This document shows, piece by piece, positions 22,296-31,673 of a DNA stretch of 64,000 nucleotides. Every line of letters starts with the position of its first letter. The first letter of the stretch is position 1. The stretch lies in sequence record NC_054920.1; one strand, given 5' to 3'. A program made the position numbers and the translations under genes. Below the pieces are notes generated by a model. The model saw only the letters and a program-made list of their open reading frames with translations, did no database searches and was not told the DNA's origin. The DNA comes from Escherichia phage vB_EcoM_G9062.

Positions 22296-23390
22296 ATGGC
22301 AATTGTTAAAGAAATAACTGCTGATTTAATTAAAAAGTCTGGTGAGAAAATTTCAGCCGGACAGAGTACTAAATCAGAAGTAGGAACTAAAACATACACT
22401 GCCCAGTTTCCAACTGGGCGTGCTAGTGGTAATGACACTACAGGGGACTTCCAGGTAACAGATCTATATAAGAATGGATTATTATTTACTGCATACAATA
22501 TGTCATCTAGGGATTCTGGAAGTCTTAGATCGATGAGATCTAACTACTCTTCTTCATCTTCGAGTATTTTACGTACAGCTAGAAACACTATTAGTAGTAC
22601 AGTATCAAAACTATCAAATGGATTAATATCAAACAATAATTCAGGAACAATAAGTAAAGCTCCTGTCGCAAACATTCTTTTACCGAGATCTAAATCTGAC
22701 GTTGATACATCATCACATAGATTTAATGATGTTCAAGAAAGTCTTATCAGCAGAGGCGGAGGTACTGCTACTGGTGTGTTAAGTAATATTGCTTCAACTG
22801 CAGTATTTGGGGCACTGGAAAGTATAACACAAGGTATAATGGCTGATAATAATGAACAGATTTATACGACAGCCAGAAGTATGTATGGTGGTGCTGAGAA
22901 TAGAACTAAAGTGTTTACATGGGATTTGACTCCACGTTCAACAGAAGATTTGATGGCTATTATCAATATCTATCAATATTTTAACTATTTTTCTTATGGT
23001 GAAACAGGCAAATCTCAATATGCTGCTGAAATAAAGGGGTATTTGGATGATTGGTATCGTTCTACGTTAATTGAACCTTTATCTCCGGAAGACGCAGCTA
23101 AAAATAAAACACTATTTGAGAAAATGACATCGAGCTTAACTAACGTTCTAGTAGTTTCAAACCCGACAATTTGGATGGTGAAAAACTTTGGTGCAACATC
23201 TAAGTTTGATGGAAAAACGGAAATATTTGGTCCATGCCAAATACAGAGCATCAGATTTGATAAAACACCTAATGGTAACTTTAACGGATTAGCTATTGCT
23301 CCAAACCTCCCTAGTACATTTACTCTTGAGATTACTATGAGAGAAATTATCACGTTAAACCGTGCTTCTTTATATGCGGGGACTTTTTAA
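22296..23390 (+). CDS. 48: baseplate tail-tube junction protein gp48
   Basis: 364 aa, matches T4 gp48. Confidence 0.93.
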   Translation: MAIVKEITADLIKKSGEKISAGQSTKSEVGTKTYTAQFPTGRASGNDTTGDFQVTDLYKNGLLFTAYNMSSRDSGSLRSMRSNYSSSSSSILRTARNTISSTVSKLSNGLISNNNSGTISKAPVANILLPRSKSDVDTSSHRFNDVQESLISRGGGTATGVLSNIASTAVFGALESITQGIMADNNEQIYTTARSMYGGAENRTKVFTWDLTPRSTEDLMAIINIYQYFNYFSYGETGKSQYAAEIKGYLDDWYRSTLIEPLSPEDAAKNKTLFEKMTSSLTNVLVVSNPTIWMVKNFGATSKFDGKTEIFGPCQIQSIRFDKTPNGNFNGLAIAPNLPSTFTLEITMREIITLNRASLYAGTF

Positions 23391-24355
23391 TGTATTCTTT
23401 AGAGGAATTTAATAATCAAGCAATAAACGCAGATTTCCAACGTAATAATATGTTTAGCTGCGTTTTTGCGACAACTCCATCAACTAAAAGCTCTTCGTTG
23501 ATAAGTTCAATTAGCAACTTTTCTTATAATAACTTGGGTCTAAATTCAGACTGGTTAGGATTATCTCAAGGCGATATTAATCAGGGAATTACCACGCTAA
23601 TTACTGCTGGCACACAAAAACTGATAAGAAAATCAGGGGTTAGTAAATATCTTATTGGTGCCATGAGTCAACGTACAGTTCAAAGTTTATTGGGCTCATT
23701 TACAGTTGGTACATATTTAATTGACTTCTTTAATATGGCATATAATTCATCTGGATTGATGATATACTCTGTAAAAATGCCAGAGAATAGATTATCCTAT
23801 GAAACTGACTGGAATTATAACTCTCCTAATATTCGTATAACTGGGAGAGAATTGGACCCTTTGGTTATTTCATTTAGAATGGATTCAGAAGCTTGTAACT
23901 ATCGTGCGATGCAAGACTGGGTTAACGCTGTTCAAGACCCAGTAACTGGACTGCGTGCTTTGCCACAGGATGTCGAGGCAGATATTCAGGTTAATCTTCA
24001 TGCTCGTAATGGATTACCTCATACTGCGGTGATGTTCACCGGATGCATTCCAGTGTCAGTGAGCGCTCCTGAGTTATCATATGATGGAGATAACCAAATA
24101 ACTACATTTGATGTTACTTTTGCGTATAGAGTCATGCAGGCTGGGTCGGTTGATAGACAAGCTGCGCTTGAGTGGCTTGAATCTGCTGCTATAAATGGCA
24201 TTCAAAGTGTTCTCGGAAATAGTGGAGGTGTTACTGGATTATCTAATTCGCTTTCACGACTTAGTAGATTAGGGGGAACTGCAGGAAGCATTTCAAATAT
24301 TAATACTATGACAGGAATTGTCAATTCGCAAAGTAAAATATTAGGAGCAATATAA
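23390..24355 (+). CDS. 54: baseplate tail-tube initiator gp54
   Basis: 321 aa, matches T4 gp54. Confidence 0.93.
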   Translation: MYSLEEFNNQAINADFQRNNMFSCVFATTPSTKSSSLISSISNFSYNNLGLNSDWLGLSQGDINQGITTLITAGTQKLIRKSGVSKYLIGAMSQRTVQSLLGSFTVGTYLIDFFNMAYNSSGLMIYSVKMPENRLSYETDWNYNSPNIRITGRELDPLVISFRMDSEACNYRAMQDWVNAVQDPVTGLRALPQDVEADIQVNLHARNGLPHTAVMFTGCIPVSVSAPELSYDGDNQITTFDVTFAYRVMQAGSVDRQAALEWLESAAINGIQSVLGNSGGVTGLSNSLSRLSRLGGTAGSISNINTMTGIVNSQSKILGAI

Positions 24356-24359
24356 CAAT

Positions 24360-24377
24360 GGGGACCGAAAGGTCCCC
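24360..24377. terminator. bidirectional terminator GGGGACC-gaaa-GGTCCCC
   Basis: Perfect 7-bp GC stem with GAAA loop between convergent gene 54 and the minus-strand ORF 24383..24673. Confidence 0.7.
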
Positions 24378-24382
24378 ATATT

Positions 24383-24673
24383 TTATTTACGGAATGAAAT
24401 AAAAGCAGCAACTGAAGCAACAGAGGTTTCTTCAATATAAACCTCAATTTTTACCGGAGCTTCTGACTCAAATTTACCTGTTACTACACCTTGGAAAATA
24501 CTTTCAGTCTGTTCTGGCTTTGAAAAATTTTCAGAAGGAAAAATTCCGAACTTTTTATCTGTTCCAAAAATTTTGATAAATTCATCATAAACTGCTTCAT
24601 TAAAAGCGTTATTCCTGCTGATAACGCCTTCAACTACAAGTTCTTGACCTAAAAAGCGTAAAGAAGATTTCAT
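24383..24673 (-). CDS. hypothetical protein
   Basis: 96-aa ORF with ATG and RBS GAGGA; driven by the duplicated early promoter. Confidence 0.65.
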   Translation of the reverse strand: MKSSLRFLGQELVVEGVISRNNAFNEAVYDEFIKIFGTDKKFGIFPSENFSKPEQTESIFQGVVTGKFESEAPVKIEVYIEETSVASVAAFISFRK

Positions 24674-24680
24674 TTTGTGT

Positions 24681-24734
24681 TCCTCATGTTATGTCAGTAA
24701 GACTACTATAACACAACACGAGGGACTTGTAAAC
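24681..24734 (-). repeat. 54-bp perfect direct repeat, copy A (early promoter plus leader)
   Basis: Identical to 40544..40597 over 54/54 nt. Confidence 0.95.
24705..24734 (-). promoter_or_regulatory. T4-type early promoter (GTTTAC-N18-TGnTATAGT), copy A of a 54-bp repeat
   Basis: Minus strand GTTTACaagtccctcgtgttgtgtTATAGT followed by a leader with GAGGA RBS. Confidence 0.6.
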
Positions 24735-26791
24735 TACATTTTGAACTTTTTAGACATTCCGTTGATGTTAACCAAAGAAGCTAAGATTTGAGAAACTTCG
24801 CTTTCCTCTTCTTTTGATTCTTCTACAAGGAATTGATTAAATCCAGCCATTGGACGAACTTCACCAGTTTCCATTAGATGGTCGCCATCATATACTGATT
24901 CTTCTAATTGTTCAGAAGGAGGAACGATTGTACCTTCGATTAGATACTTGTTATAAGCAGTTTCTTTCATAAAGTAAGTACTTACTTTATTAATCTTCAG
25001 TAAAATTCCACGTGGTAGAATAACTTCAGCTTCTGACGGAAATCCTGATAAATGACCCGGAACGATAACTTTGATTCGCTCAGCTCCTTTAATTACCATA
25101 CCCACGCTAGTTTCAGCATCTTCATTAGCATATGTAGAATGACTACCCATATGCATCAAATCTTCTGCATCAACGGAACCTTCTCCTTCACCAGAAAATA
25201 CTGCGCCGGAATCATCTAGAGCCATATAGTTTTTACCATGCTCACCGAAGATATTTGGTTTAAGCGATGTGGATACGAAGTTCTTGAAATAGAACATTTT
25301 ATTTTCAATGTTATGACGCAAAGTTTTAAAGGTAACTTCTTGTCCACGGTAAAGTGTAGTTCCTGGAGGAAGAACTGAACCTTTAGCGAATGCAGAATCA
25401 AGCGTCTCAATATGTTTAATAGCTCGTTCCATATATTCTTCACGGGTAGAATCTGGTTTACCCAAAAGGAACGAGTTCATTTCAACATATGAATCTGCAC
25501 AATAATCTTCAATTACATCAGATTCAGCTTGAGTTAATCCTTTTGGAGTTACTTCAGTGCTTGCGTATTCATATGCCTGAGCAGCAGATTCATTAATCAA
25601 TTTATAAATGCCATTCATGACAAATTGAATAATAGCTGTCTTTTCATCTGGCGTAGCTTTAGAACCTTTAACCAAATCATTGATAATTTTCTTAATAACA
25701 TCAAAGCTATTAGAAATATTAATATCAGCAAGATCGCTTAAAATTTTATCAGTCTTATAATCAAAGAATTCTTTATTCTTTAAATATTCTTGAGAACCTT
25801 GATATGTTATATCGCTCTGTAACTTGATAGATGGATCACGTAAACGTGCATGGGCTAATGCAATATGATTTCGGAAGCTTTCGAGTTCATAATCACTAGA
25901 TTTAAAACGAGAAGCGCTTCTCATACCGCCTATAGCTCCTTTGCTGAAGTTTGAACCAATTTGAATAACGCCAGAGTTCATTGGTCCTTCTGCTTTATAC
26001 ACCGGAACTTTAGATTCAAACTCTTGATATTTCTTAGCAGCGAAGCTATCACCCTGAAGTGAAGCATCAACAGTAGAATATTGAGCTTGTGCTGCTAATC
26101 GACGACTAATTTTAGTTTTTTGAATAACAGCTTGATCCGTGCGCTTATCATTTTCTAAAGCAATAGAAGCAGCAACAGCGACAGCTTTAGGAACAGCATT
26201 ACCTGTTTTAACATCTACATAAACATCACCGACCTTCGATTCAACTTTTGTGAATAACTCAGTTGAAATAGGAGGTACACCTGGAATGTCTTCTAAATTG
26301 GCATTTTTACGGTAAACCATAATATATGCATACTTTTTATCATAGTCCCAGATTTCCTTTAAAAGAACATATCGACCTGCTCCTTTAGTACGTACTAAAC
26401 GGTCAGCAATAACTTGCATTTGACGAGCAGCGCCATTTGTTTTACTCTTTAGTACGCGGAATAAGCATGCATCAATTTTATACTGTTTCATTGTTTGAAG
26501 AGCAGTATCAAAAACAGCGTTAATGACGCCAATTGGATTTCCACCCAAGTTTCTAAGTTTAACCAGTGATAATTTCTCGTTGACACCTATCATTACGATA
26601 TGCATCATTTTATCGCCCGGCTTAACGTTTTTATTTGTATCACCTCCAGAGGTGTATGTACAAAATCTAAATCCAGGAAGCACGCTTTCTTCGCCGGCTT
26701 GAATAGCAAAAATTTGAGGTATTTTATGCTTAGGATTTAAGTTAACAACCGGCGCCGAAGCGCCGTCAAATAATTCTGTAATAAGTTCCAT
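24734..26791 (-). CDS. Alt-like ADP-ribosyltransferase paralog (second copy)
   Basis: 685 aa; N-terminal ~230 aa closely similar to the adjacent Alt; catalytic R-S-E motifs present (LYRGQ, FVSTSL, EAEVILPRG); central region divergent. Confidence 0.85.
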   Translation of the reverse strand: MELITELFDGASAPVVNLNPKHKIPQIFAIQAGEESVLPGFRFCTYTSGGDTNKNVKPGDKMMHIVMIGVNEKLSLVKLRNLGGNPIGVINAVFDTALQTMKQYKIDACLFRVLKSKTNGAARQMQVIADRLVRTKGAGRYVLLKEIWDYDKKYAYIMVYRKNANLEDIPGVPPISTELFTKVESKVGDVYVDVKTGNAVPKAVAVAASIALENDKRTDQAVIQKTKISRRLAAQAQYSTVDASLQGDSFAAKKYQEFESKVPVYKAEGPMNSGVIQIGSNFSKGAIGGMRSASRFKSSDYELESFRNHIALAHARLRDPSIKLQSDITYQGSQEYLKNKEFFDYKTDKILSDLADINISNSFDVIKKIINDLVKGSKATPDEKTAIIQFVMNGIYKLINESAAQAYEYASTEVTPKGLTQAESDVIEDYCADSYVEMNSFLLGKPDSTREEYMERAIKHIETLDSAFAKGSVLPPGTTLYRGQEVTFKTLRHNIENKMFYFKNFVSTSLKPNIFGEHGKNYMALDDSGAVFSGEGEGSVDAEDLMHMGSHSTYANEDAETSVGMVIKGAERIKVIVPGHLSGFPSEAEVILPRGILLKINKVSTYFMKETAYNKYLIEGTIVPPSEQLEESVYDGDHLMETGEVRPMAGFNQFLVEESKEEESEVSQILASLVNINGMSKKFKM

Positions 26792-26794
26792 GAT

Positions 26795-28846
26795 TTATCC
26801 TTGAACGAACTTGTAAGGCATGTTTGCAATATCTATGCAAGACGCAATAATTCCAAGAGATGATTCTACTTTCTGTTTAACATTTGATGAAACAAATGAT
26901 GCAAAGTCAACTCTATCTTCTATATCACCTGTCATTGTAACCAATTCACCAGTTTCCATTAAATGGTCTCCGTCATAGATTACCGATTCGGTGAGTTCTT
27001 CTGTGGTCATAACTTCAGCTTGAATAAGCTTGTTGTTAGTTTTAACTGTTCCATCATTGTAAGATGCATCGGTTATTTTATTAACTTTGACCATTAATCC
27101 ACGTGGCAAAATGACTTCCATTTCATTTGAAGGTGCTAAACTTCCACCGGGTAAAACAACATTGACCTTATCAGCCCCAGTAATAACCCATCCAATTCCA
27201 ACTAAATTATCGCTAGAATTTACTAGTCCTTCATCAGTTTTATCAATAGAAACACTTAGACGCTTTTCGTCTGGTAAAACACCTACAGATGAATCAGTCA
27301 TCCAAGTACCAAAAATATTTGGATATAATGATGTTGACACAAAGTTTCTAAAATAAAAAACTCGATTTTTTACCATTGCTTCATATATTGAAGGTAACAT
27401 TCGTTGTGAACGATACAAAGTAATACCTTTTGGTAATCGTTCACCATTTTTAAAGGCTGAATCTAAATTATCAATAGCTTTTTCTATGTCAGATGCTGTC
27501 AAAATACTTGTACGCTCATCTGGATTATATAATCCCAAAAGAGCATTATTTATATCTACATATCCTGAACCTACGTATTCACGAATTCCGCGTTTTTGCG
27601 CCGGTGTGTATTTAGATGAATCTTTATTTTCGACTATAGGATGTAATGACCATCCAGCTGTAAGAGCATATCCACGTAATTCTCTTCGAATAATCTTTGT
27701 TTTTATTGCATTCCAAGAATTTTGTACTAACTCATTTGCAGCATCTTGGTTTAAATGCGAATGTTTGTTAATATTTCTTTCAAACCAAGCACCTTTATAT
27801 TTTTCTAAAGTATCATCGACGATAGAAGCAATAGTTTCTAAAGTTTTTATTGAAGTAATAGATTCTTTTCGTAATCTTTCTAAAGCTTTATTTTTTATTT
27901 CTGTATTAACATCAGATTCTTTATCTTCAGGAATTATAGAAGCTTCTCTGAATGCCATTCCAGCTGTAACACTATTAAGAGCATTCTCTAATGCAAATCC
28001 TGAAGTAGAAATAACAGTTAATTCGTTAGCATCGGAAATTAAAGGCGCATCAGCGGGTTTATTTAATTCTGCTGCTGAAGCCTCAAATTTTTGAAACATC
28101 GGTGTTTCAAATCTAGAAGATTCCAATGATTGACTTTGCGCAATTGCTCTACGGGAAATTTTAACTTTAACGATTACAGCTTGGTCAGAACGTTTATCAT
28201 TTTCTTGTGCAATAGATGCTGCAATTGCCTCATTTTTAGTTACTTGAGCTCCAGTATCTTTATTGATATAAACATCACCGACCTTCGATTCAACTTTAGT
28301 AAAGAGCTCGGTACTAATTTCTGGAACTCCTGGAATGTCTTCTAGTGATACATTTTTGCGATGTATAAGAATATATGCATACTTTTTATCATAATCCCAG
28401 AGTTCCTTAAGAAGGACGTATCTGCCGCCTGAACGACTACGGATAAGTCTATCAGCAATAACTTGAATTTGTCGAGCTTGACCAGCGGTTTTAGACTTAA
28501 GAATACGGAGCATACAAGCATCAATTTTATATTGACGCATTGTTTGCATTGCAACAGTAAAAACTGAATTGATATAATTAATTGGGCTTGGCCCAAGACC
28601 TTTCAATTTAGCAATTGAACCTTTAGCGGTTAATGTAAAAGGAACAATATGCATCATTTTATCGCCCATTTTTAAATCGCGATTAGTATCACCTCCAGAT
28701 GTATAGGTACATAAACGAAAGCCTGGCTGTTCAATTGCATCATCAACGTGAACTGAAAAAATTTGCGGTATTTTCTTCTTTGGATTTAAGTTTGTAATCG
28801 GAAGAGTAGTATCTTCGTCAAATAATTCTGTAATGAGTTCCATCAT
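26795..28846 (-). CDS. alt: Alt ADP-ribosyltransferase (capsid-packaged, injected)
   Basis: 683 aa, matches T4 Alt as recalled; R-S-E motifs (LYRSQ, FVSTSL, EMEVILPRG). Confidence 0.92.
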   Translation of the reverse strand: MMELITELFDEDTTLPITNLNPKKKIPQIFSVHVDDAIEQPGFRLCTYTSGGDTNRDLKMGDKMMHIVPFTLTAKGSIAKLKGLGPSPINYINSVFTVAMQTMRQYKIDACMLRILKSKTAGQARQIQVIADRLIRSRSGGRYVLLKELWDYDKKYAYILIHRKNVSLEDIPGVPEISTELFTKVESKVGDVYINKDTGAQVTKNEAIAASIAQENDKRSDQAVIVKVKISRRAIAQSQSLESSRFETPMFQKFEASAAELNKPADAPLISDANELTVISTSGFALENALNSVTAGMAFREASIIPEDKESDVNTEIKNKALERLRKESITSIKTLETIASIVDDTLEKYKGAWFERNINKHSHLNQDAANELVQNSWNAIKTKIIRRELRGYALTAGWSLHPIVENKDSSKYTPAQKRGIREYVGSGYVDINNALLGLYNPDERTSILTASDIEKAIDNLDSAFKNGERLPKGITLYRSQRMLPSIYEAMVKNRVFYFRNFVSTSLYPNIFGTWMTDSSVGVLPDEKRLSVSIDKTDEGLVNSSDNLVGIGWVITGADKVNVVLPGGSLAPSNEMEVILPRGLMVKVNKITDASYNDGTVKTNNKLIQAEVMTTEELTESVIYDGDHLMETGELVTMTGDIEDRVDFASFVSSNVKQKVESSLGIIASCIDIANMPYKFVQG

Positions 28847-28866
28847 ATCCTCTCTAGTGTTTATTC

Positions 28867-28874
28867 TATTTATA
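28867..28874 (-). promoter_or_regulatory. late promoter TATAAATA upstream of alt
   Basis: Minus strand TATAAATA about 20 nt upstream of the alt ATG; consistent with Alt being a head-packaged late product. Confidence 0.6.
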
Positions 28875-28879
28875 AAATT

Positions 28880-28897
28880 AAAGGCCCGAAGGCCTTT
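28880..28897 (-). terminator. hairpin AAAGGCC-cgaa-GGCCTTT upstream of the alt promoter
   Basis: Perfect inverted repeat. Confidence 0.55.
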
Positions 28898-29084
28898 AAT
28901 AATCTATTGGTAAGAGAGTACGGTATATTTCAAACTTTGGACCTTTTTCATAGGCATCAAATGTTTCTGTGAATTTATTATAAGCATATGCATCTACAAA
29001 TTCGAGAATGACTTGTGATACAGAAGTAGAAACATCTCCACCTTCTTTTTGAGCAATGACAATTGTTTCTAAGTAAGCTTTCAT
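28896..29084 (-). CDS. hypothetical protein
   Basis: 62-aa ORF; ATG overlaps the DNA ligase stop. Confidence 0.55.
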   Translation of the reverse strand: MKAYLETIVIAQKEGGDVSTSVSQVILEFVDAYAYNKFTETFDAYEKGPKFEIYRTLLPIDY

Positions 29085-30544
29085 AGACCAGTTACCTCAT
29101 GAAAATCACCAAATACATCCTCGAATGTATTAGCTTTAGTTTTATCTTCACGTAAACGAATCGCAATCGGAAGAAATAATTTAACGTAATCAGTGCGGCC
29201 ATCAGATTTTAACCAACCGTTGCATTCGCACTCTAGAATTTTTCCAATATAATAATTTTGGTTTTCCATAATGCGAGTACGGTCAAGTTCATGCGATTTT
29301 ACACCGGCTTTATCTTTTAAGCCTGAACCAGCATTTACTTTAATTTTTCCACACTCTGACTCAAGAATAAATCCACCTGCTTTAGTAGGGTCTTTACGGT
29401 GAGGATAAATTCCTACAATTTTTAAATCAACATCAATTACTTCTTTAAATTTATAGAGATTTTTTGAACGAGCATTTTCCCATAATCCATCGATATTTTT
29501 GAGAATAATACCTTCAAGACCTTGGTCAATATACTTTTTATAAATTACCTTAGCTTCATCTAGGTTATTTACTACCTGGTTTTCAATTAAAATTACTTTA
29601 TCATATCCCGATGTCATTTGTTCTAGTTTAGAAAAACGTACATCATATTTTAAACGAAACGCTGGAAGACCGTATATTTCTACCAACGGGACATAATCCC
29701 AGACCTGAAACTTCATACATTGAGCTTCTTTTTCAGAAATGGTTCCTTTTAAGGATTTATTGGCGATTCCATTAGAAGTAGTACGAGATTCCGCTACTTC
29801 GGCGAATTCTTTGGCTTTACTAATTTCAGGATAAGCATCAAAAAGAAAATCTAGGCCTTCTGGTTCCTTTTTAACTTGCTCATGGTATACCAATTCGCCA
29901 TCAATTAACACACCTTCTGGATGAATCTGGCGGGCTTCAGCAGTCATTTTGATTAACTCTTCCTTAAGAAGATCTAATCCTAGATATTCATTACCAGCTC
30001 GTGATAAAAGACGAACATCATCTAATTCATCGCCTCGGACTTCAGCAAAACACCGAGCTCCATCTGCTTTTAACTGCGCAAAGGCTGGAAACTTGATATT
30101 CTTATTAATGCCTTTTTCATCATAAGAACTTGCAAGCATTTGAGGTTGTTCAGGAATTAAACCTGGCCAAACTTTATTTGCAATAGATACTGAAGCACCG
30201 CATTCAAGGTCTCGCATCATAACTCGACGCAAAACTTCAACATCATCCTTTTTACCATCAGTGATATATCCAGTTAATTCCTCAATTGCAGCATTTCCAG
30301 TCAATTTCCGAGTAGCTAACGTGAATTCAATGAAGTCAAGCATATCGGTAATAGTCAGCATTCCAAAACTCTGGGTAGCAATACCCGGTTTAGGCCATTT
30401 CTTGATATAATACTGTAACCCACGAGAATAAGTCAGACGATATACTCGTTTAAGCAATTCATTATCTTTATTCTTTTCAAGAATTGCTTGCTTCTGCTTA
30501 GTTGAACCAATAGATGCTATTTCGTTCAGAATTTTAAGAATCAT
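29081..30544 (-). CDS. 30: ATP-dependent DNA ligase gp30
   Basis: 487 aa, matches T4 DNA ligase; adenylation motif KADGAR present. Confidence 0.95.
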   Translation of the reverse strand: MILKILNEIASIGSTKQKQAILEKNKDNELLKRVYRLTYSRGLQYYIKKWPKPGIATQSFGMLTITDMLDFIEFTLATRKLTGNAAIEELTGYITDGKKDDVEVLRRVMMRDLECGASVSIANKVWPGLIPEQPQMLASSYDEKGINKNIKFPAFAQLKADGARCFAEVRGDELDDVRLLSRAGNEYLGLDLLKEELIKMTAEARQIHPEGVLIDGELVYHEQVKKEPEGLDFLFDAYPEISKAKEFAEVAESRTTSNGIANKSLKGTISEKEAQCMKFQVWDYVPLVEIYGLPAFRLKYDVRFSKLEQMTSGYDKVILIENQVVNNLDEAKVIYKKYIDQGLEGIILKNIDGLWENARSKNLYKFKEVIDVDLKIVGIYPHRKDPTKAGGFILESECGKIKVNAGSGLKDKAGVKSHELDRTRIMENQNYYIGKILECECNGWLKSDGRTDYVKLFLPIAIRLREDKTKANTFEDVFGDFHEVTGL

Positions 30545-30810
30545 TGTTCATCCTTTAGAGTTTGGTTTACAGCTCTATTATAAATCAATTCATCATTAAG
30601 CTCAGTCAAAGACCTGTGGTACGTGGTTCTAACTTTATTTCCTTGCATCCAGTGCTTGACGTAAATGAAACCTTGCTCTACACATTTTTTAAAAATTCGT
30701 TCGTCTTTTTGAGCTCGGAATTCTGGATTGCATCTAAAAAATTGATTTACGTGACCGTAATCACGTGTAGTATTACCTTCATTTTCATAAATAGTGTGAA
30801 CAACAAACAT
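30541..30810 (-). CDS. hypothetical protein (30.1-like)
   Basis: 89-aa ORF, ATG overlaps the upstream stop. Confidence 0.6.
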   Translation of the reverse strand: MFVVHTIYENEGNTTRDYGHVNQFFRCNPEFRAQKDERIFKKCVEQGFIYVKHWMQGNKVRTTYHRSLTELNDELIYNRAVNQTLKDEQ

Positions 30811-31673
30811 TAGAATGCTCCTTGGAAAATATTATCACCACTAGTAAATCTATTAAAATATCCTGCATCACCAGGCTTAGTATAACTCCACGTATGGAAT
30901 GGATTCATATGATACGGGTGTGTATAATATGGATTATATGGATGTGTATAATATGGATTATACGGATTAAATTCAGGAGTTCTCCAGGTAGTGTTCCAAC
31001 GAAAAGAATCGTTTTTAACCATCTTCTCAATTACATCTTTTATAGCTTTTTCACTATCAAAACTTTCTTTATTTTCCTTCGGTGAAAAAAGCTTATTTTC
31101 TACATCATTCCATGTATAAACTCGCTGCGCAGTTTTTGGAATATTGTCACGCTCTCCTCGAGCCATCCAATAAACAGGAACATTTAATATTTCACTCGCA
31201 TGATCGCAGTGGTGGGCGAGATCGTCAATATAACAAATTACATTATATTTCTCTTTTGCCTTTTTGAATAACTCTTCTTTTGAAGAATCATGACCACACA
31301 TCATTACTTCTGAGAAGGCACCAGGAAAAAGAGCATTCAAATTAAATTGACGATTCAGCAGAGCGTCAATAGAATCACCCAATGCTGTAACAGCTACAAA
31401 ATTATAATCTTCTTTTAATTTGTTAATTACACACAGGGCATCTTTATATGGAGACAAGTAACGAATAAAATCTGAACGATTGTATTTTTCAATTAACTTG
31501 ACGCCAAGTTCTTCATCACAATTAAAGAGTTTACCAGGAGAAATAAATTTCTCATCTTGGATCATTTTTAAAATATGTTCTAACGGAAGATTATATTTCT
31601 GAGCAAAATAAGGAAGGCCTGATTGCCAGCTTAAACATACTCCATCAATATCAGTTAAAATAGTAGGCTTCAT
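30810..31673 (-). CDS. HAD-superfamily phosphatase-like protein (30.2-like) with C-terminal PYNPYYTHPY repeats
   Basis: 287 aa; N-terminal ILTDIDGV matches HAD motif I (DxDG); C-terminus has tandem repeats encoded by a 24-bp DNA repeat. Confidence 0.7.
   Translation of the reverse strand: MKPTILTDIDGVCLSWQSGLPYFAQKYNLPLEHILKMIQDEKFISPGKLFNCDEELGVKLIEKYNRSDFIRYLSPYKDALCVINKLKEDYNFVAVTALGDSIDALLNRQFNLNALFPGAFSEVMMCGHDSSKEELFKKAKEKYNVICYIDDLAHHCDHASEILNVPVYWMARGERDNIPKTAQRVYTWNDVENKLFSPKENKESFDSEKAIKDVIEKMVKNDSFRWNTTWRTPEFNPYNPYYTHPYNPYYTHPYHMNPFHTWSYTKPGDAGYFNRFTSGDNIFQGAF
30919..30966. repeat. 24-bp tandem repeat x2 (tgtgtataatatggattata[t/c]gga)
   Basis: Two adjacent units differing at one position, inside the 3' end of the HAD-like gene. 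Confidence 0.85.

Noticed and set aside
27486-28094. 202-aa plus-strand ORF
   Set aside because: Lies entirely inside alt on the opposite strand, with no RBS or promoter; alt is clearly the coding frame.
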